Program-made: the position numbers and the translations under genes
In this document: positions 28,911-41,303 of the stretch, in pieces
Numbering within the stretch: the stretch's first letter is position 1
How the letters are laid out: each line of letters starts with the position of its first letter
The notes under the pieces: model-generated
Seen by the model: the letters and a program-made list of their open reading frames with translations, nothing else
Told to the model about the DNA's origin: nothing
Databases searched by the model: none
Assembly: GCA_951406725.2 (NCBI GenBank)
Contig: OX597826.1
Coordinates: 75,764,001 to 75,828,000 of the forward strand
Length of the DNA stretch: 64,000 bases
Direction of reading: 5' to 3'
DNA from: Octopus vulgaris
Lineage: Eukaryota

Positions 28911-29294
28911 TTATTTTGTGGTATGTTAATTTCCCCCCTTTTGTTTCGATTTCACCCGAATTCTCACCACTAGCGTCTTTCTTGCTTTCTTTTCTTTATT
29001 TTCCGTTCGTAATAATAACCTCATAAAATAATAATGGAATAAGTTAAGTGAATGCTTGCAAATAAATATACTACTGTGTGATGGATGATCTGTCAGCAGA
29101 TGAACAACAACTGCTGCAGTAATACAAACCATATGAGAAATACTGGTTAGACCAATCAAGTTTCGATTTCCGTTTCATCTTATGTCGCTAATGTCTTCAA
29201 GTCAGACAATAAACGTTGTGAGTGTGAGTGAGTGTCATTTCGCTTGGGCATACCGTTACTAATAAGCTGGTGTTAGAACTCAAAGCGTTCTATA

Positions 29295-30140
29295 TCGACC
29301 TTATGGTTGATGTGTGCACTCCAACTGAGATCGTCATCAACAATTACACCCAGATCTCTGATATTGTTAGAGGCTGTGAGCGGTTCCCCTGAAGGAAGAG
29401 AGTATGGCTGTTTTAGTGGGGAATTTCTTCCAAAGCGCATCAGCTCAAAATTTCCCTCGTTCTGTTGCATTTTGTTTCTGTCTGCCCATTGACTCACAGC
29501 ATATAGATCAGACTGGAGTTGAGTTCGGTCTGCTTCTTCATTGACGATTTGCTGGAGCTTGGTGTCATCAGCAAATATTTTCAATTTGCAGTAATGTAAG
29601 ACACTGGAAAGGTCGTTTATGTAAATTATAAGACAGTCCCCTGGGGACACCGCTGGTGGCTTTTGCTGGGCTTAAGTGGACTCCATCAACTACAACATGT
29701 GTTCTATTCGCCAGGAAATACTTAATCCAGTGTAGAAGTTTTCCACGGATTCCAACATTTGCCAATTTTGAGAGTAGGATATTATGGTCAACCCTGTCGA
29801 ACGCTTTACTGAAGTCAAGATATATGACATCAGAGTTCGAACCTGTTCCCAAGGCTTTGAGTACATCTTCAATATGGTGTAAGAGCTGTGTTAGACAGTC
29901 CCTGCCACAGCGGAAGCCATGCTGATTTGCATATAGGAGTTTGTAGGCCTCCAGGAAGTCAGCTATCCTTGATCTTATCACTCTTTCAAACACTTTAATG
30001 ATGTGGGAGGTGAGTGAGATTGGGCGATAGTTGAGTGCGAGGGATCTGTTTCCCTGTTTGAAAACCGGGATGACAGACTGGGATAGAAGCTGTTTCGGTA
30101 TATAACCTGAGTCTAACGAATTTCTCCAGAGGTTGGTCAG
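29295..30140 (-). pseudogene. CR1/L2-group LINE reverse transcriptase fragment
   Basis: [44 protein letters not shown] and RDLGVIVDDDLSW motifs; frameshift and deletion at the PQG motif. Confidence 0.95.
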
Positions 30141-30172
<32 letters not shown>

Positions 30173-30196
30173 TACATACGTGCATACATACATACA

Positions 30197-30253
<57 letters not shown>

Positions 30254-30423
30254 CCAGTCGCGAATTACCAGCCGAAATTGCAAAGATAATCTGGAACTCG
30301 AATGAGGAAAGAAAACTCGAATGACCCATCCTTGTTTTCTTAGTATCATCTATCTGGATGCTTTGCTGTCCCTTTCTTGTATAACCTAACTGTCAGGTTG
30401 TTTTGCGTTCTTGTCCCATTTTG

Positions 30424-30508
<85 letters not shown>

Positions 30509-30760
30509 TGAGTGAGTGAGAGAGAGAGAGACATAGAAAGAGAGAGAGAGGGAGAGGGCTTAGCGTGAGGAGGAGGCTATGAGTCATTTTGTTTCGGTCG
30601 TTTTAACCAGCTCGTTTCGCGTCACTGATTTGACGATGACTTATTTGACAACAGACGTTTTAATATTTCTTTCGCTCTCTCCTTCTCTCAATAACTTTCT
30701 AACACTTTCTCCACTCCCTTCTCTGCATCTTCCTCTTCTCTCTCTCGTTTTCTCTCTCAC

Positions 30761-30791
<31 letters not shown>

Positions 30792-31492
30792 GTTTATGAT
30801 TGTAATCATATTTCTCTTTATATCTATGAGGAGAGGGCTAGTGGTAATGTTAGTCGTACTCAGAAAAAGTAACCTTCTTTATCTATCTATCGCTCTATCT
30901 AGCTGTGCATATGCATAACAATGGGCGCGCGTGGGTGGCTACGTATATGTGTGCGTGTGCACACGCACGCGTCTGTGTTGATCGCCGGTGTAAAAAAGAA
31001 CAATCTCCAATGCAATTCAACGTCCAGTAAGTGGTGCCAAATCGCCAGCGTCCAAAAAGCCACACACAACCGTTTCATTCCATAAGGCGGGAGAATAGAA
31101 TCCATGATCTTTCCCAGAGAAAGTGAGAATGGGAAAGCTGTTGTCCTCAGACCAATATCAGCTCCGATTGCTTCGGACAGAGTGGGCACTATTAAAGGCA
31201 CAATGGTTTGTGTAGGGCCTGTTCAAGTTTGCTCCTCTTGTGCCTAGGTAAGTAAGTAATAGTTTTTAATGTTCGCGACGAAAATAAGGTGCAACAGCGC
31301 CAAGAAGGAGCTGAAGGAGGATCTCGGTCAGGGTCACGAGGATTGTAGTTCCATTGTAAGAAACTAGGTATGAACACTCAAGATACCTAAATGTTTGAGT
31401 AAGGACGGAGATGTTTTGTTCTCTTTGTTTATAGATTCTATGGGAAATTGCAGCAACACTTCACATTCTATAATACTTAAGAATCAATGTGC

Positions 31493-31532
<40 letters not shown>

Positions 31533-31541
<9 letters not shown>

Positions 31542-31818
31542 TAAATAAATGGAGTTTAACGCAGGTGTAATCAAATATTTTTACTTTCGACACATGTTTC
31601 GAAAATTCCACTGATACTATTCAAAAGAATGAATGATATAAACAATGCAATCTTCTCCTCAGAAAGTGAAAAAAACGAAACTCGTCAATAAGACATTTTA
31701 GCAAAATGTTTATACCATTCATTCTTTTGAATAGTATCAGTGGAATTTTCGAAACATGTGTCGAAAGTAAAAATATTTGATTACACCTGCGTTAAACTCC
31801 ATTTATTTATTCATATAT
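31533..31818. repeat. Near-perfect inverted repeat with ~110-bp arms (31533-31644 / 31707-31818)
   Basis: Reverse-complement match seen directly, about one mismatch. Confidence 0.92.
31583..31667 (-). ncRNA. Type-I hammerhead with long stem II
   Basis: ACTTT-CTGAGGA-GAAGATT...AATTTTC-GAAAC-atgt-GTC-gAAAGT. Confidence 0.7.
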
Positions 31819-31961
31819 TATTCAAAATATTCAACGTAAACACGAAGTTTCTACCTTTATAAACAAGGAGTTACAACACCTTTACTTGTGAGATTTTTGC
31901 TGCCCTGGTAACTATTTATTTTTTTTTCCGTGTTAATTGTTACCAAGGTAAAAATACACTC

Positions 31962-32020
<59 letters not shown>

Positions 32021-32148
32021 TGTATGTATGTATGTATGTATGTATGTATGTATGTATGTACGTATGTATTCTCTCGTAAATATCATCACACACAACATGG
32101 ACAAAAATTCCTTCTTAAGAAAATACATATTCAAATAAGTAAACCTTA

Positions 32149-32183
32149 ATATCATGAATAGCGAAAGCGAAACCGGTCGATAT
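32149..32183 (+). ncRNA. Minimal hammerhead with A3-U8 variant core
   Basis: ATATC-ATGAATA-GC(gaaa)GC-GAAA-CCGG-TC-GATAT: 5-bp stem I, GNRA-capped stem II, palindromic ACCGGT, GUC site. Confidence 0.7.
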
Positions 32184-32383
32184 ATTAAAAATTATATTAA
32201 AACTATGTAAAGTGTGTGTATTTTCCTTTTTTTAATTTCTGATATATAGACGACCTCGAACACACAAGTGCAAACAAGGGAGTCAGAGAAAGGCAGAATG
32301 CCACTTATATCTGAACACTATACAAATATTCCTTTAAAAAAACTTTTCTTCTAATTTTTCTAAATTTAATTATTTAATCGTTA

Positions 32384-32421
32384 CAGTTGAAAAGGTCTCA
32401 AAATGACCGAAACCGGTACTG
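32384..32421 (+). ncRNA. Minimal hammerhead with U3-A8 variant core
   Basis: CAG-TTGAAAA-GGTC(tcaaaat)GACC-GAAA-CCGG-TA-CTG. Confidence 0.7.
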
Positions 32422-32470
32422 AAATGTTCTTTATAAAATTATTTTAGCATTTTCTATTTTGACTTGTTTT

Positions 32471-32518
<48 letters not shown>

Positions 32519-33122
32519 GTATGTGTGTGTTTGGGGGAGCATGAGAAGGGTTATCATTTCTGCGTAACAGACTGTTTAGATCAAAGGAAAAGTAAGACAA
32601 AACATACAAGGTTCATGAAGTTTTCAATATATGAAAGAAATATGCAAAATCTACAGTTAGAAACCACAGACACACACAGACAACCAAAAATATTTACTCG
32701 TTGTTGATACAACTTCCGAACAGATGTTTGACAATGGCAAAGAATTTTTAAATACATTTTCTTTTGTAATTTAAACAGATATTTTGTGACTATGACAAAA
32801 ATTTCCGTTCAAAGTGCGTTAACGTAAATTCCATTATACATACGCGCGCACACACACATACACACACACACACACCCATACATACATAGACAGAGAGACA
32901 GACAGACAGAGAGTGCGACAGACAGACGAACGAAAGAAGCATTCAACATCTAAATGCCTTATTTTTCTTCTTAAAACTTTTCGTTGCTCTGATCCCTGAT
33001 GATATGGATGCTTTGTATGCGACAACGAAAAATTAGGTTATATGGAACTGAGTCAAACTGTTACACAGACAGTCAGACAGACTGACAGACTGACAGACAA
33101 ACAGACAGGCAGACAGATAGCC

Positions 33123-33218
<96 letters not shown>

Positions 33219-33440
33219 GTACGAAGTTGTAACGATGACAGCTGAATTTCTGATTCACTCCGTTTGCGCTGCTAATTTCCATTAACCCTTCGTGGGCCAG
33301 TGGGGTTGGAATTACACAAAAAGCCATTATATTTTTGTGCATTTCCGTACTATCCATAAAGTAATATTTGTTTAATCTTGTATATATGTGTGAGTGTATA
33401 ATACAGAACAAGAACTTTAGCACTTTTCTTTATAATTTTA

Positions 33441-33850
33441 CTAGTAGAGATACCCGGCGTTGCCCGGTTACATTCAATTGAAGAATTAGACTTTTCTGTT
33501 ATATTTTCTGTAATGAACTGGAATATCTATGTTTCGGATTTCATCAAAATTGCAGATAAGGGTTATTTCCCTCTTTACACACCCTAAAAAATTTGTAATC
33601 GTGCCACATGTATCCCATACTACTGATTTTTATGCGCATATTCCAAAGTTCCAGTCTTATTGAACCTGTTAAAAAGATTTTGCTCCTGAAAAATGAAGGT
33701 CATGGAGCTCTAAAATGTGAGAGTTAAGGCCCCTGTTGGGGTGGGCATCTTAATGTCAACCAGAAAAGTTGAATTGTTGAAAATCTTTTTAACTTGGGTC
33801 TTATATCTATTGTCTGAATTTCTTTGAAATAGAAAATATATGTTCAGTGG
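33441..33850 (-). mobile_element. Non-autonomous Helitron 3' part
   Basis: Minus strand ccgggcaacgccggg hairpin followed by CTAG|T; the 5' limit is uncertain. Confidence 0.65.
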
Positions 33851-34518
33851 GTTTGTAAAAGAGAGCAAAGCTACAGGAAACCAAAAGACGAATGATCACA
33901 ATAAGCAGTCAGTTACCCTACCCTAGTCGTTACCACTCCCAATGTAGGATTCCTCACCATCCAGGTGACAGGCACAACCGTAAGATGCATTACGAATCTA
34001 TAGCAATTGGAAGGGCGTGACCCAACTGAAATCAACATTAACAACTGTGTTGACGTGAGGGCTAAGGAGAATTAAAGTGTCACCCCTGGAGTTTGCAAAT
34101 GACCACTATACTGATACGCAACTAGACAGAATAAATTTACAATCTATAAATGTCTTTGAATAACCAGTCACTCATATGGGATGGCCTTGAAATCAATGTT
34201 ACCATCTGGGGACTATGTGTGACCGAGTGATAATAAAAAGACTGAAAGGAGGTCTGCAATCAAATAACTTTACTCAACACTTTACAACTGAGTCAGTGAT
34301 GTGATAATGTCCACGTCACTTAGCAGTTCGGCAAAATAGTGCGATAAAATAAGTACTAGGTTTACAAAGAATACGTCCCGGGGTCGATGTTTTCGACTAA
34401 CACAGTTTAAGGCGATGGTCCAGCATGGCCGCAATCAATTGACTGAAACAAGTAAAAAAAATAAAAGAACCTATGTATGTATATATATATATATACACAC
34501 ACACGTATACATATAGAG

Positions 34519-34559
<41 letters not shown>

Positions 34560-34745
34560 AAGAAAGACCAAAGTGTACTTACGCCGCTATATGTTTTATA
34601 TATAAAAAATAATATATCTGCATAAAGACGTGCGTGTGTATATATACATATGTATATTAATATATTTGCCTGTCTGTGTGTATGTATGAATGCATATGTA
34701 TATGTGTATATTCATATATATGTATATACGCATACATACATATGC

Positions 34746-34783
<38 letters not shown>

Positions 34784-34804
34784 AAACTATGGATCTCATC
34801 TGTG

Positions 34805-34905
<101 letters not shown>

Positions 34906-34928
34906 CATATACAAACATATATACATAC

Positions 34929-34973
<45 letters not shown>

Positions 34974-34975
34974 AT

Positions 34976-35009
<34 letters not shown>

Positions 35010-35121
35010 ATTTTAAGAAATTATACAAATTTCTTGTGACGTCACAAGAAATTTGAAAATAAAAACATATATACATACATGCATATATATGCACACACAC
35101 TCACACACACAAACAAACTTT

Positions 35122-35183
<62 letters not shown>

Positions 35184-35914
35184 TATGTATTTATATATGT
35201 ATTGCGCAGCAGCCCCACAAAGAGACCTTCTTGCTTGCTGTACCATCCATCAACCATTCCAGCCCCCTTTTTTTACCCCCAGCTTCACTAAATTCCTCGT
35301 TTTCTCAGTTAATCTCATTTCTAGGTACCGAACTTATTTCTAGAAACCTCAGCAGCGTCACTATCAAAACAATCTGAAAATGCAAAGGGGAGGGCATCTC
35401 GACTGTTGACTCGTTGCTTTTTTGCAGGGTTTTTGGTTTTGCTTTCCACTGCAGTACATTTTTTCTGGGGGTTTTCGTGTTTGTCTTCTCTTTTCGCTCA
35501 CTTTCTGGTTTTATATCCTGGGTACAACATAATAAACGTTGCCACACAAAGCATGGCCTTTTCTGGGGTTGTAATGAAAAATATTGCAGATTTCCTTGAA
35601 TTTTCTTTTTTCATTTTTCATTTCTTTTTTTTTTTTACTTGTTTCAGTCATTAGATTTCGGCCATGCTGGGGCAAGACCTGGAAAGGGATTTTACCTCTT
35701 TCAGTCAACCAAATCGATCTCAGTACATTTTTTTTTTCTTTTTCTTGGCTCTAGTGCTTATTCTAGCTGCGTCTCTTGCTCAACCACTCGGCTATGGAGA
35801 GGTGAACGAACGAATACCTGTTCTCCGGGGGGAGGAAAAAGACAAACGCACACACACGCACCACACACACTACCACACATACACACACGCATATGTATGT
35901 ATATCTATTTATAT

Positions 35915-36726
35915 TCTGCGAGCTAATGAAATCTTTGGCGCGTCGAACAAAATGCTTAGTAGCCTTACATCTGTCTTTACGTACTGAACTCAAATTCCAC
36001 CGAAATTGGCTTTACCTTTCATCTCTTTCGGAATCGATAAAGTAAGTACCAGTTGAGTACTGGGGGTCGATGTAATCGCTTTACCCTGTCCCGAAAAGTG
36101 TCAAAGCTTTCGCCTATAGCAGAAATGATTATATATTTTAAAGGCGGCGAACTGGCAGAATCGTTAGCACGCCGGGCGAAATGCTTAGCCATATTTCGTC
36201 TGTCGTTACGTTGTGAGTTCAAATTCCGCCGAGGTCGACTTTGCCTTTCATCTTTTCGGGGTCGATAAAATAAGTACCAGTTATACACTGGGATCGATGT
36301 AATTGGCTAATTTCAGTCCCTGTGTCTATCGTAAAGAGATTATTATAATTATTAAATCAGGCGGTGTGGTGATGAGCTGGCAGAATCGTTAGCATACTGG
36401 ACGAAATGCTTAGCGGTTTTTGCCCGTCGCTACGTTCGGAGTTCCAATTCCGTCGAGGTCGACTTTGCCTTTCATCCTTTCGGGTCGAGTAAATAAGTAC
36501 CAGTTACGCACTGGGGTCGATATAATCGACTTAATCCCTTTGTCTGTCCTTGTTTGTCCTCTCTGTGTTTAGCCCCTTGTGGGTAATAAAGAAATAGGTA
36601 TTGCGTCTGTCTTTGCCTTTCATCCTTTCGAGGTCGATAAATTAAGTACCTGCTGAGTACTGAAGTCCATGTAATCGACTTAACCTCTCCCCAAAAATTT
36701 CAGTCCTTTTGCCTAAAGCAGAAAGG

Positions 36727-36730
<4 letters not shown>
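35915..36730. mobile_element. Cluster of SINE family B copies (tRNA-like head plus Nin/Deu-like core)
   Basis: Repeated gagttcaaattccgccgaggtcgactttgcctttcatcctttcggggtcgataaaataagtaccag, at least four partial copies, mostly on +. Confidence 0.85.
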
Positions 36731-36759
<29 letters not shown>

Positions 36760-37242
36760 GAAGTTTTGTACTTAATTGCACCGACTTCAAATTAAATCCA
36801 TCATTTTACTGTTGTCAACCTTCTGACATATTTCATGATGTTGAAATTTAGTGAGTTGTTTTTTTTTTACTTCATTTGTTTTATCTCGTTGTTTTAAAAT
36901 TCTTTCATTGTGCCTAAGATAATAAGTTACACATGTCAGAGAGGCAAAATGGGGGGTTGTCTGCGCTACGCACTCCCCACACACAGACACACTCTCTCTC
37001 TCTATCTCTATCTCTCTCTCTCTCTCTCGTTCTTTCCCCCCTTTCTTTCTCAGACTTTCATATCAAAATAATCTATGAGTTTAGGCGTCGCCGACTGACA
37101 GACAACAGGTAAGAGAGCAGAAATTGCTAATTCATTCTCGGCTGTTTGCTGATCTTGCAAAAGGAACAACATCAACAGAAGAGAAGAAGTGAAGGCCTAA
37201 AAATAATAACGATTGAAATTACATTACACCCAGATTTCAGTG

Positions 37243-37290
<48 letters not shown>

Positions 37291-37647
37291 AACATATATT
37301 TATATATATATATATATACATACATATACATGTATATATACATATACGTATATACATACATACGCTCACACACGCAGACACATATATAAATATATATTTA
37401 TACACACACACATATACATATATATATATATATATATATGTATATACACATACATTCATAAATGTGTTATGAATGTATACACAGGTGTGTGCGTATGTGA
37501 TTCTGTATGTTTGTGTATGTGACTGAGTGTATGTGAGTGTGCCTATGTATGTATGTATGCATGTATGTATTATGTTTGTACGTATACACATACATAAATG
37601 TGTACCTGTACGCTTATATGTGTATGTATGTATGTATGTATGTATGC

Positions 37648-37680
<33 letters not shown>

Positions 37681-38304
37681 TGTATATATGTCTGTATGTG
37701 TTTTGTTTGTTTTTGTAAGACAAATGTAAATCTAGTTAATTAAAGGTAATTTTGAATAGGCTGAAATTGATTGCAACTCTAAACACAGCCCGTCTGTTTT
37801 TTATATTTTATTCTTCATTTTTTTACTCTCTCAGAAAAAAGAAAACAAATTTCATTTTTCCTGTGCAAGTCTTTACTGCAAATGTATTTAAAAGAAGTGC
37901 ATTGCCTGGATAATCATCGCAAACCAATGCAAATATTTTGCTTCTGGTGATATGACAGAGAAAATATTTGTAGTGGATTCTGACATAGGCTTATGGTTAC
38001 AATCTTGTAGTCATTGTTTTAAATTTTGTGAAGATGTTTGTCGATTCTATCAACTATAAAACTGAGCTGATACTTATTGCTCTCAGAAAGAAAAGAAACA
38101 TGTCTAATTCAATCATCTCCTTCCCATAAATGGGCAGGAGAAGTTTTTTTTTTTTTCTGTTACCTCTTCGTCCAATTTGATAATGGACGTTACTGACATC
38201 ATACTTTTAAACGAGAATAATAAAAACATCAGACAAAAGTAAACAAAATATACAAAATGTGTTCTTTAGGGAATAATTTGGCAGTACCCCACTTCACCTT
38301 ATGA

Positions 38305-39362
38305 ACACACACATCGCCCGGTCTGAGATTCAAACCCGCGATCCCTCGACCGCGAGTCCACTACTCTAACCACTAGCTCATGTGCCTCCTCATTTTTTAT
38401 TGTTTTATTTTGAATTTTCTTTTCTATAGAAATTGATAAGGTGGATCAAGTGACAACATAGCTGACTGACGTATCTAAACCACACTGGCCTTATTTAAAG
38501 TTTTAACTAATTGCCTTCGACAAAATTTAACAAACCTTCGAGAGTCAATATGACGTAAGTCTAATAATCCTTTTTACTGTAGGGGCAAAGCTTGAAATGT
38601 TGGGGGAGGGGTAAGTCGATTACGCAACTGGTACTTATTTTATCGACTCCGAAAGGATGAAAGACAAAGTCGACCTCGGCGGAATTTGAACTCGGAACGT
38701 AGCGACTAAATGCGGTGCTCCAGCATGGCCACAGTCAAATGACTGAAACAAGTAAAAGAAAGAATCTCGAACATTTTATAGTTTATCAGTTTTTAATTGT
38801 CCAGTTTTTAATTGTCCATTCCCTCAGCCATTTTGTATTGCTGTCACCCATCAAAACAAACAAAAACGAAGAAATTCCCCCTTTAGCAACTTTCTGGTCG
38901 CCCGTACCTGCTCTTTATTTCTAAACTGAGAATTAAGGAACCTCTTTTGTTGTTGCTGTTTATTCATTTTCGAGCCATGCCTGGCTCATAAGGAGTGGGG
39001 GGGGGGCGGTTTCATTAGCGTATAGGTTCCCCACCTGGACGGGACGCCTGTCTGTCGCAGGTGAGCTGTTAGATGCAAGAAGATAGACAGAAAGTGGCGA
39101 AAGAGTCAGCAGAAGTTCGACATTACCCTCTGCCGGAGCCGTGTAGGGCTTAAGTATTTCCCTCATAAACACACACATCGCCCAGTCTGAGATCCGAACC
39201 CGCGATCCCTCGACCACGAGTCCACTACTCTAACCACTAGGTCATGTGCTTCCGCCAAACTGTTTTTATTGCTTTATTTTGAATTTTATTTTCTATAGAA
39301 ATTGATAAGGTTTGATCAAGTGACAACATAGTTGACTGACGTATCTAAACCACACTGGCCTT
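38305..39362 (+). repeat. Local direct duplication (~190 bp: SINE C head plus ~105 bp flank) at 38305-38492 and 39168-39362
   Basis: The flank ...gaaattgataagg..gatcaagtgacaacatag..gactgacgtatctaaaccacactggcctt occurs twice. Confidence 0.85.
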
Positions 39363-39404
39363 GATCTTAATACTGTGCTATTGTGAGGTTTTGACCCTCA
39401 ATGA

Positions 39405-39460
<56 letters not shown>

Positions 39461-39462
<2 letters not shown>

Positions 39463-39720
39463 AGCACAATAGATTTAAAAACTAAATGTAGAGTTCATAC
39501 AGATCCGTTTATAAATAGGGACACTAAAAATTCAACGGTACTAGCCATTTACATTAATAAATTTAAAATGCGAAACAAAAAATATAGACATAATTTGTTA
39601 ATTATCACTAAAACTCCACCATATAACACGCATACAAGAATGTGCAGATTATGCATAAAAGAATCAATTTACATATTTTGCACTAATACAAATCTATTAT
39701 CTAATAAGATCTCACATAAT
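39461..39720 (+). pseudogene. Penelope-like GIY-YIG endonuclease C-terminal remnant
   Basis: LKTKCRVHTDPF..KNSTVLAIYI..PPYNTHTRMCRLCIKESIYI resembles FKxRYxxHxxSF..NSTxLSxYI..PY..CxLCxxExxxI. Confidence 0.8.
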
Positions 39721-40017
39721 ACAGTTCTATATTTAAGCGATGAGGAATTATGTACATTATTTACATTATTTACATTTGACGGATATTTTGTCATCTTGTT
39801 TGTTGTTAACACAACGTTTCGGCTGATATACCCTCCAGACTTCTTCAGGTGTTTGGGGAGAAATTTCGAATCTGGGTTCTCATTCCTAAGGTATTTTTCG
39901 ATGTTATTATTATAATTATTGTTGTTGTTGTTGTTGTTGTTGTTCAGATCACTGCTTGGAATCGAATTCGGAACCTTAGGGTTAGTAGCCCGCTCTCTTA
40001 ACCACTACGCCATATGC
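39721..40017 (-). mobile_element. SINE-like element: tRNA-like Pol III head, (AAC/AAT)n spacer, hammerhead and PLE-type tail
   Basis: A-box TGGCGTAGTGG (40002-40012), anticodon-like arm GGG-CTACTAA-CCC, B-box-like AATTCGATTCC (39958-39968), hammerhead at 39808-39853. Confidence 0.7.
39808..39853 (-). ncRNA. Type-I minimal hammerhead
   Basis: AACAC-CTGAAGA-A-GTCTG(gagggtatat)CAGCC-GAAA-CG-TT-GTGTT: perfect 5-bp stem I, one stem II mismatch. Confidence 0.75.
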
Positions 40018-40063
40018 TCTCGGTCATATGGCGTAGTGTTTAAGCAGTGACCTGAACAATAAC

Positions 40064-40115
<52 letters not shown>

Positions 40116-40539
40116 TCGAAAAATACCTCGAATAATAACATCGTCGAGGTGCTGGTGTTTGTGCTGTTGTTTGCGGTGGTGATGGTGGTTAGGAGGTGAG
40201 CTAGGTTTCCCCATACGTTCCGGGTTACATTCCAACTGAAAGAACCTTTTCGTGAGCTTTTATTCCGTTGATGACATCAAGACATGTAACGGATAAAGGG
40301 AGAACAATGAATGTATCGACAGAGATTATCACAGTACCATCAGTAACATCACCAACAATAACAAGAACATCGCTAGCAACATTACGTAACCTACGTGGTA
40401 GGACGTTCTGCTAGAAACGGGAGCCGTCTCTCTCCATCAAATCACACTTTACCGACTTAAAAATAAAAATAAACAAGAAAATTAAATTAAGAAATCGGAA
40501 ATAAACAGTCTGAAATGACAGAATATTCATTGCTGGAAT

Positions 40540-40927
40540 ACCTGGAATGGAAGCACTCCGTCGGTTACGACCACGAGGGTTCCAGTTGATCCGAATCAAC
40601 GGAACAGCCTGCTCGTGAAATTAACGTGTAAGTGGCTGAGCACTCCACAGACACGTGCACCCTTAACGTAGTTCTCGGGGATATTCAGCGTGACACAGAG
40701 AGTGACAAGGCCGGCCCTTTGAAATACAGGTACAACAGAAACAGGAAGTAAGAGTGAGAGAAAGTTGTGGTGAAAGAGTACAGCAGGGATCACCACCATC
40801 CCCTGCCGGAGCCTCGTGGAACTTTTAGGTGTTTTCGCTCAATAAACACTCACAACGCCCGGTCTGGGAATGGAAACCGCGATCCTATGACCGCGAGTTC
40901 GCTGCCCTAACCACTGGGCCATTGCGG
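40540..40927 (-). mobile_element. SINE family C variant (same head as 19001-19312, different 3' body)
   Basis: Head gcaatggcccagtggttagggcagcg; body shared with 25485-25765. Confidence 0.85.
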
Positions 40928-41259
40928 CTGGAATACCATTGATTATAAGTCTGCACGATTAGGGCTCATCTGGGGAATAAAACAACAACACCAACGGTGT
41001 CAGCAACTGAAGTAATGGAGCAGCTCTGTGTAATGTAGGCTCGGCTGTGTTAGCGACAGTAGCGCCCTCTCCGGCGGTATTAAACACAAACTCAGTCGAA
41101 TTCTTTAGCGATAGTTACAGCTGCGATAACATCAATTACATTGATGTTATCTTTTGTTCCACACATGGTCCATGTTGTAGAAGGGCAGAGTGTGATGCGG
41201 TGCGGTGCAGTGAGAACTATCACTGCCTCGGCTGTTGTTGGTAAGAAATTGAATCAGAG

Positions 41260-41303
<44 letters not shown>

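Noticed and set aside
30890-31440. Non-repetitive, slightly GC-richer stretch with a gtaagt donor-like site
   Set aside because: No recognisable protein motif or convincing acceptor; left unannotated.
41047-41244. Cys-rich 65-aa ORF ending at a GTAAGA donor-like site, with a 12-bp hairpin near 41125-41150
   Set aside because: GTG start, no recognisable domain, no clear acceptor; insufficient support for an exon or toxin-like peptide.
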